DNA from: Octopus vulgaris
Taxonomy: Eukaryota
Direction: 5' to 3'
DNA: 64,000 nucleotides
Assembly: GCA_951406725.2 (NCBI GenBank)
Contig: OX597835.1
Coordinates: forward strand, 44,950,001 to 45,014,000
Numbering within the stretch: the stretch's first letter is position 1; each line of letters opens with the position of its first letter. Below the pieces are notes generated by a model that worked only from the letters and a program-made list of their open reading frames with translations, was not told the DNA's origin and searched no databases. This document shows positions 58,096 through 64,000 of the stretch, one piece after another. Both the position numbers and the translations under genes were made by a program.

Positions 58096-58736
58096 TATTT
58101 ATATATGAAACATTAAAGTAAGTTTGTATTTATTATCTAAAAATTGCTTCATATCAGAAACAAATTTAATTTCATTGAAATGAAAACAAAAAATTATCTG
58201 TACGAAACATAAATGCAAGAATAAGTATACGAAGCGAAACCGTTATAAAAATCGGTTGTATTTCATTTTTATCGAGTGAAGTATCAAATAATGAACGGTA
58301 CTAAAATGAGTTCCCTTAAGTACAACATTTTACTGCGAATAGAAGTATAAGTTTGCTGTGGATTTTTTCCCTATCGAAGAATGGTAAACTGAAAAAAAAA
58401 TCATTTCATATTTCAAGGTTGCCAGATATGCGAATGCAATACAAAAGTAAAGGAATTGAGTAGATAAGAAATTCGGAAGTGATAGATATCAAAGAGACTT
58501 GTATACCGCTGGCTACAATTCAGGTGAGGATATCTTGATTAAATGAAGTTTGCATCGTCGCAAGTAGGTACATGTCAAAACTCGGACGACGTGATCGTTT
58601 GTATATATATATATAAATTCAGGGTGAATACTTGATAACTGTAAGCACCTGTATATACCAGTTAGTGGTGTTGGTGATAGGGTATATATTTTGATAAATA
58701 TACCCTTTGCATCCTTTGCATCCTGTTTTTCTTTTG

Positions 58737-58840
<104 letters not shown>

Positions 58841-58849
58841 GATATATGT

Positions 58850-59030
58850 ATTTTTTTCCTCCGTCTTCCCTTCTCTGGATCTTTCCTTTTCCCATTTTTC
58901 TGACGAAGAGCCCCGCTCGAAACGTTAAACCCTCCTTCTTCCCTTCCTTCTGAGCGTCCAATAATACTATACTTGTTCCACATCGCGCGTTGTTGTGTTT
59001 TCTCTTTGTGTTTTCGTGTTTGGATTAACT
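58850..59030 (+). mobile_element. (TA)n-flanked short repeat carrying a minimal hammerhead with canonical core
   Basis: 58897-58930 reads TTT-CTGACGA-A-GAGC-CCC-GCTC-GAAA-CG-T-T-AAAC, with palindromic ACGT helix III. Confidence 0.65.
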
Positions 59031-59054
59031 ATATATATATACAGATATATATAT

Positions 59055-59295
59055 TTATAACAATTGCAGCGTGGAAGGCGTTCACTGTTCGAAATGCAGC
59101 ATGAAGCTTTGTCAGTGAACAGGTCGCGATCTCAAAGCGAAGAAAATATTTTGACAAATTAAATTTAAAAGTTGAAGTGAATCTAACGGTTTTGTGTGTT
59201 TCTTAAATGGCTTATAAACACATTCCACGCTGCAATTTTTTTCGTTCTAGCACACGATCTCATATCAAGCCACTCGCTATGCAAGTACATCTCCG

Positions 59296-59296
<1 letters not shown>
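59055..59296 (+). mobile_element. (TA)n-flanked short repeat, same family as 20060-20235, with G3-C8 hammerhead-like fold
   Basis: Colinear with 20083-20228; begins with a ~20-bp inverted copy (AACAATTGCAGCGTGGAA) of its internal TTCCACGCTGCAATT. Confidence 0.7.
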
Positions 59297-59346
<50 letters not shown>

Positions 59347-59383
59347 GTATATGATATATATATCTATATATTTATGTATATAC

Positions 59384-59429
<46 letters not shown>

Positions 59430-59797
59430 CATGGACTCTCCCGTCATTAGACGAAGTATGAAGGCTCGACTATTTCTTACCGAACAACCATAGAGTTGAT
59501 TTGTTTATTTATGGTGATCAAATATTTGTGTAGGCATAAGCTCACTCCCGTTATCAAGTCGATATTACTTGTACAGGTGCAACTGGGTGCCACATGTCAG
59601 ATTTCGAAATGACTTCAGGAGAGCATAACAGCTAATGTGCGTAACCTAATAAGGAAAGTACAGGAGGCGGTAGAAAAAAAAAACAGCTTCTATATATGGC
59701 TAAAGCGGGAAGACCGAAAATGGCTTGAAAATCTTAAACACGCCGACGGGAAATAACATCATTAGGTGAGACAAGCTGACTGAAGCAGCTTCATTGA

Positions 59798-60007
59798 CTG
59801 ACAGGTGACGGTCGTTTAGAAAAAGCGCGGGCTGAAACTACGCGCCTTCACTAGTCAGTTAAGGTGAGACAGTGTCACATGACAAGTTGCTGGGGCTGCC
59901 TGCTGACAGGTGACGGTCGTTTAGAAAAAGCGCGGGCTAAAACTACGCGCCTTCGCTAGTCAGTTAAGGTGAGACAGTGTCACGTGACAACTTGCTGGGG
60001 CTGCCTG
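59798..60007. repeat. 105-bp tandem duplication (2 near-identical copies)
   Basis: CTGACAGGTGACGGTCGTTTAGAAAAAGCGCGGGCT...GCTGGGGCTGCCTG starts at 59798 and at 59903. Confidence 0.92.
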
Positions 60008-60802
60008 TTGGAGCCTATGCGGCAGGTATTTAAAGGGAAAAATTTGACAAGACTGTCAGTCACCGGCTGACACTCGGTGACGATATATCGAAGCGGCCAG
60101 GGAACAGAAGAAAGAAGACGCGTACCCAACACCAGAAGCTGAAGACACCTCCGAAATAGAGGGGGCGCCACGTCAAAAAGGTAGAGGAGTAGGGGATGAA
60201 ACCGGGCGTCTTTCCTCCTGATGATGTCTTGAGCTAACTGGATCCTATAAAGGAGCTGAAATTCTATCCTGCGATCGGATAAACATGTGGAAGGTAAGCC
60301 TCGGAATTAGTTGTTGTATGTATCTGGGGTATTTATATGTATTTATGAGTTTGCGTTTGCTTTCTTTGGGGTATGTATAACTATCTCTATTATTTTCTTT
60401 ATGTATAATCTGCGGATGAGGAAAAAAACCAATGGGAAAATTCCGAAATTAGCTAATCCAGGGCTATCTTTATTGTTATTATTTGCCGTGGGTTTGCTCC
60501 CTCGATTTCAACACGTGAGTAATATTTGTGATTTTTAAAGTGGTCAGATGATTTAGCGTCTACCTTCAGCATGTAGGGAAGGGATTTTTGTATGCCCTTA
60601 ATTATAAGGATATATATTATTTCAACTTGTCCAATTTTTGGCAGATAATAAACTCCTATTAACTTCAATATCTCCATTTTCTTATTATTCACACATACAC
60701 ACACACACGCACCACACATATACAAACATATATGTATATACATACTCAAATATGTATAAATATATCAGTTTGAATTGACTTGCAACCCAATTAATAATAT
60801 CT

Positions 60803-61022
60803 GTTTCTTTACTACCCACAAGGGGCTAAACATAGAGGGGACAAACAAGGACAGACAAACGGATTAAGTCGATTACATCGACCCCAGTGCGTAATTGGTA
60901 CTTAATTTATCGACCCCGAAAGGATGAAAGGCAAAGTCGACCTCGGCGGAATTTGAACTCAGAACGCAATACCGCTCAGCATTTCGCCCGGTGTGCTAAG
61001 GTTTCTGCCAGCTCACCGCCTT
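60803..61022 (-). mobile_element. SINE family A, well preserved
   Basis: Near-identical to 11530-11765. Confidence 0.9.
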
Positions 61023-61796
61023 CCAATTAATAATATCTGTAAACAAGTAAATCCTGCCCGTGTACCCCCGTTCTTAGATAAAAGTTTCGCTGCTGTAATT
61101 GCCTTGGCGGTAAAATTCCCTGATGACGCTGCGCGATTATGAAGAATTTCTCCTACGAGAAAATGTGACCAGTGAACGTCTTTCCAGCTTTTAGCATGCT
61201 TGAGTTTTCTAAATATAAATCTACAGATTAGTATTTTAATCATTGTGGCTTTATTAGATAAATAAATAATTGGTAGTAGAGAAAAGATGTTTACACTAAA
61301 ATGGTTTACCCAGAATTAAAGACGAAAAATAACGAAAGAAAAAATGGAAGAGAATTGCAGTGTTCGTGAACAAATTAATATAACTTGTGGTAGGAAAATG
61401 TATTTAATAATAAGAAATAGTGTGAAATTGTATCTAATAATAAGCAAATTAAAATAAATTAAATTATTACTCAGGTGAATGTGAAACATTAATATTTGTG
61501 GGACTTACCTGGGGAAATTATAATATACGAAATACTGATGGTTGATGAGAATAATTTATTCTCCAGGGGTTCAACAAATCAGAGATGTAAGCGTGAAAAG
61601 TATTTTAATGAATTAAAACGTGACAAAAATCTTCGCCTCGGGGTTATTAAATGGACGCGAAAGTAAATATATTGTATTGTGTGGGGGTTGTGTGAAATAG
61701 CAAAGCCAATATGACACGACATGCAATGATACAATACAATGTATAGCTCAAAGTATTAGTCTCAATGATTAAATGTACAGATAAGTCAATAAATAA

Positions 61797-62151
61797 TATG
61801 TATGTGTGTGTGTGTGTGTATGTGTGTATGTGTGTACGTGTGTGCATCTGTGTGTGCAAGCGTATGTGTGTGTTTATGTGTATGTGTGTATGTGTGTACG
61901 TGTGTATGTGTGTATGTGTGTGCATCTGTGTGTGCAAGCGTGTGTGTGTATTTGTGTTTGTGTGTGTGTATGTGTGTATGTGTGTGCGTGTGTGCATCTG
62001 TGTGTGCAAGCGTGTGTGTGCGTGTGTATGTGTGTATGTATGTACGTGAGTGCATCTGTGTGTGCAAGCGTATGTGTGTGTGTGTTTGTGTGTATGTGTG
62101 TATGTGTGTACGTGTGTATGTGTGTACGTGTGTGCATCAGTGTGTGCAAGC

Positions 62152-62182
<31 letters not shown>

Positions 62183-62208
62183 TGTGTGTGTGAGCGTGCG
62201 TGTGTGTA
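61797..62208. repeat. Higher-order (GT)-rich minisatellite
   Basis: GTGCATCTGTGTGTGCAAGCGT recurs five times, ~60-80 bp apart, in a GT/TATG matrix. Confidence 0.85.
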
Positions 62209-62691
62209 TCGAGGATATGTGAATAAAAATGTATGTGAAAAAGGAAACGGAATGTTTGAAATAAAAGGAAATGACTTAAGGGTTGTGAAATGAGACAAAA
62301 TGTAGGAATTTAATGAAACCTTTATAAAATATTCGAGGTGTAAGAAACAGCAAACTGGAAAATCGTTTGCATGCCGTACGAAATACTTAATGGCATTTCG
62401 TCCGTCTTTATATCAATTTTGTCTTTCGTTTCTTTTCTGGATTATATAAATTAAGTACCAGCTAAACTCTAGGTTCGATTTGTCCCCATCCCCCGATTCT
62501 GCTGGCATCATGCCAAAATGTGAAACCATTATTAGTGATGAAGATTCGGGAGATAATAAAGATATGCATATGAGGCAAAACTGTTTGTAAAGAGATCAAA
62601 TGGATTTGACTAATCCAGATTAATGACATTCACGATTGCAGTACTGAATTATTCAATTTCAAATAGGTAGATGTATTAGAACATGCTAAAT

Positions 62692-62854
62692 CAGTGGTAC
62701 ACAACCTGTGTTTCGCTGACCTCTGCTGGTCCACAAAGGTAGAACTGGGATCCGTGAACATCATAAGCTGATAGACCTTTCAATATCCTGGGTTGGTGGG
62801 AAAACTCATTTAAATAAAAGGGGTCCTCGGTAGTGAAGAGTCTGGGAACCTCTG
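62692..62854. mobile_element. hAT (Charlie/Buster-like) MITE
   Basis: Termini CAGTGGTACACAA / TGGGAACCTCTG; 8-bp TSD TGCTAAAT (62684-62691) / TGCTAAAG (62855-62862). Confidence 0.7.
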
Positions 62855-62927
62855 TGCTAAAGTAAAGAGGCTAGTTAGTAATATGTCAAAACATAAATCC
62901 AAACAGAGCTTAAATTGGAGAGTGTTT

Positions 62928-63312
62928 ATGGAAGCACTCCGTCGGTTACGACGACAAGGGTTCCGGTTGATCCGATCAACGGAACAGCCTGCTCGTGAAA
63001 TTAACGTGTAAGTGGCTGAGCACTCCACAGACACGTGCACCCTTAATGTAGTTCTCGGGGATATTCAGCGTGACACAGAGAGTGACAAGGCCGGCCCTTT
63101 GAAATACAGGTACAACAGAAACAGGAAGTAAGAGTGAGAGAAAGTTGTGGTGAAAGAGTACAGCAGGGATCACCACCATCCCCTGCCGGAGCCTCGTGGA
63201 GCTTTAGGTGTTTCCGCTCAATAAACACTCACAACGCCCGGTCTGGGAATCGAAACCGCGATCCTATGACCGCGAGTCCGCTGCCCTAACCACTGGGCCA
63301 TTGCGCCTCCAC
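62928..63312 (-). mobile_element. SINE family C
   Basis: Reverse complement of 35499-35886 with few differences; the ORF track gives almost the same 60-aa translation for both. Confidence 0.9.
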
Positions 63313-64000
63313 TGAGCTTCAATTACAACAATAACAACAATATTACAAATATTACAGACATTGATAAATAACGGTATTTATCTGGATAGTGGTTTGGTCC
63401 TCGAGTGTTAAAGATTGATTGAAAGGAGATGAAAATACTGAAGCAAAATAGGGGAAGTTTAATTATTTTGTATATCAGCATATACCAGCGGAGATACGTT
63501 TAGCTCCATTAACATTAACTTTGTGTTCGAACCATGAAGCCTGTCAGTTTAAATAATGTTTTTTTCAGAATGTGTTTTCCAAGGAGAAAACCTTCGAGAA
63601 TATTTACTTAAATGCTAGGCAAGCGGTGATGAGACTTTCGAAGACATGAGAAAGGATATTTGGATAAATTGATATTTGTGACTGTATGTTGATAAAAGGG
63701 GCACTAACGATCTGAGTGACGTATTTGTTAGTCAATATTCTGATCATTTATTCATGACAGAAACACAAAGAGCCCTGTGCTGCAATAAGCGATTATTATT
63801 TTAGACTCTGCAACTGTGGCTAAATACATTTTCCTTAATATTTTCAGAACTTTTATCAAAATGCAAGAGTTCTAATTATCATGCTTCTTATTATTATCAT
63901 GTTTATAATTATCAAGTTTACTATTCTTATCAGCAACTCCCTTTCAGTATTTGGCGATGATTAAACGCTTTCTACAGTAACTTAAGCAGCATTCGGTTTG

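Noticed and set aside
60161-60170. tRNA-Lys primer-binding site (TGGCGCCC on minus)
   Set aside because: The match stops at 8 nt and no adjacent LTR end is defined.
60218-60275. CTGATGA...GAAA as a hammerhead
   Set aside because: No helix II closes directly on the core, and there is no helix I or III pairing.

Overview
AT-rich, repeat-dominated eukaryotic DNA with no host protein-coding exon that I can support. Most ORFs in the supplied track are translations of (TA)n, (CA)n, (TATG)n and (TTA)n microsatellites. The SINE families and microsatellite load resemble an Octopus/cephalopod genome (inference from recall, not a search). Recognisable elements: two decayed mariner transposons, a full-length Chapaev3-type element with TAA TSDs, an Academ-like relic, two non-autonomous Helitrons, three hAT-type MITEs, a young 5'-truncated CR1/L2-group LINE, relics of R4/Dong-like and Hero-like LINEs, and many copies of at least four tRNA-derived SINE families. 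The most interesting signal is a set of short inserts, mostly in (TA)n tracts, carrying type-I hammerhead-ribozyme folds with palindromic helix III, the form known from Penelope-like elements. They show four different core sequences, including a G3-C8 swap of the C3-G8 tertiary pair and a recurrent U4C. Several sit in foldback structures: one perfect 184-bp inverted repeat, and one ~270-nt rod with the ribozyme at its apex. A second clear signal is a 3' tail shared by the LINE and the CORE-like SINE, with compensatory stem changes. Alignments, folds and coordinates were done by eye; boundaries of degenerate copies are approximate.
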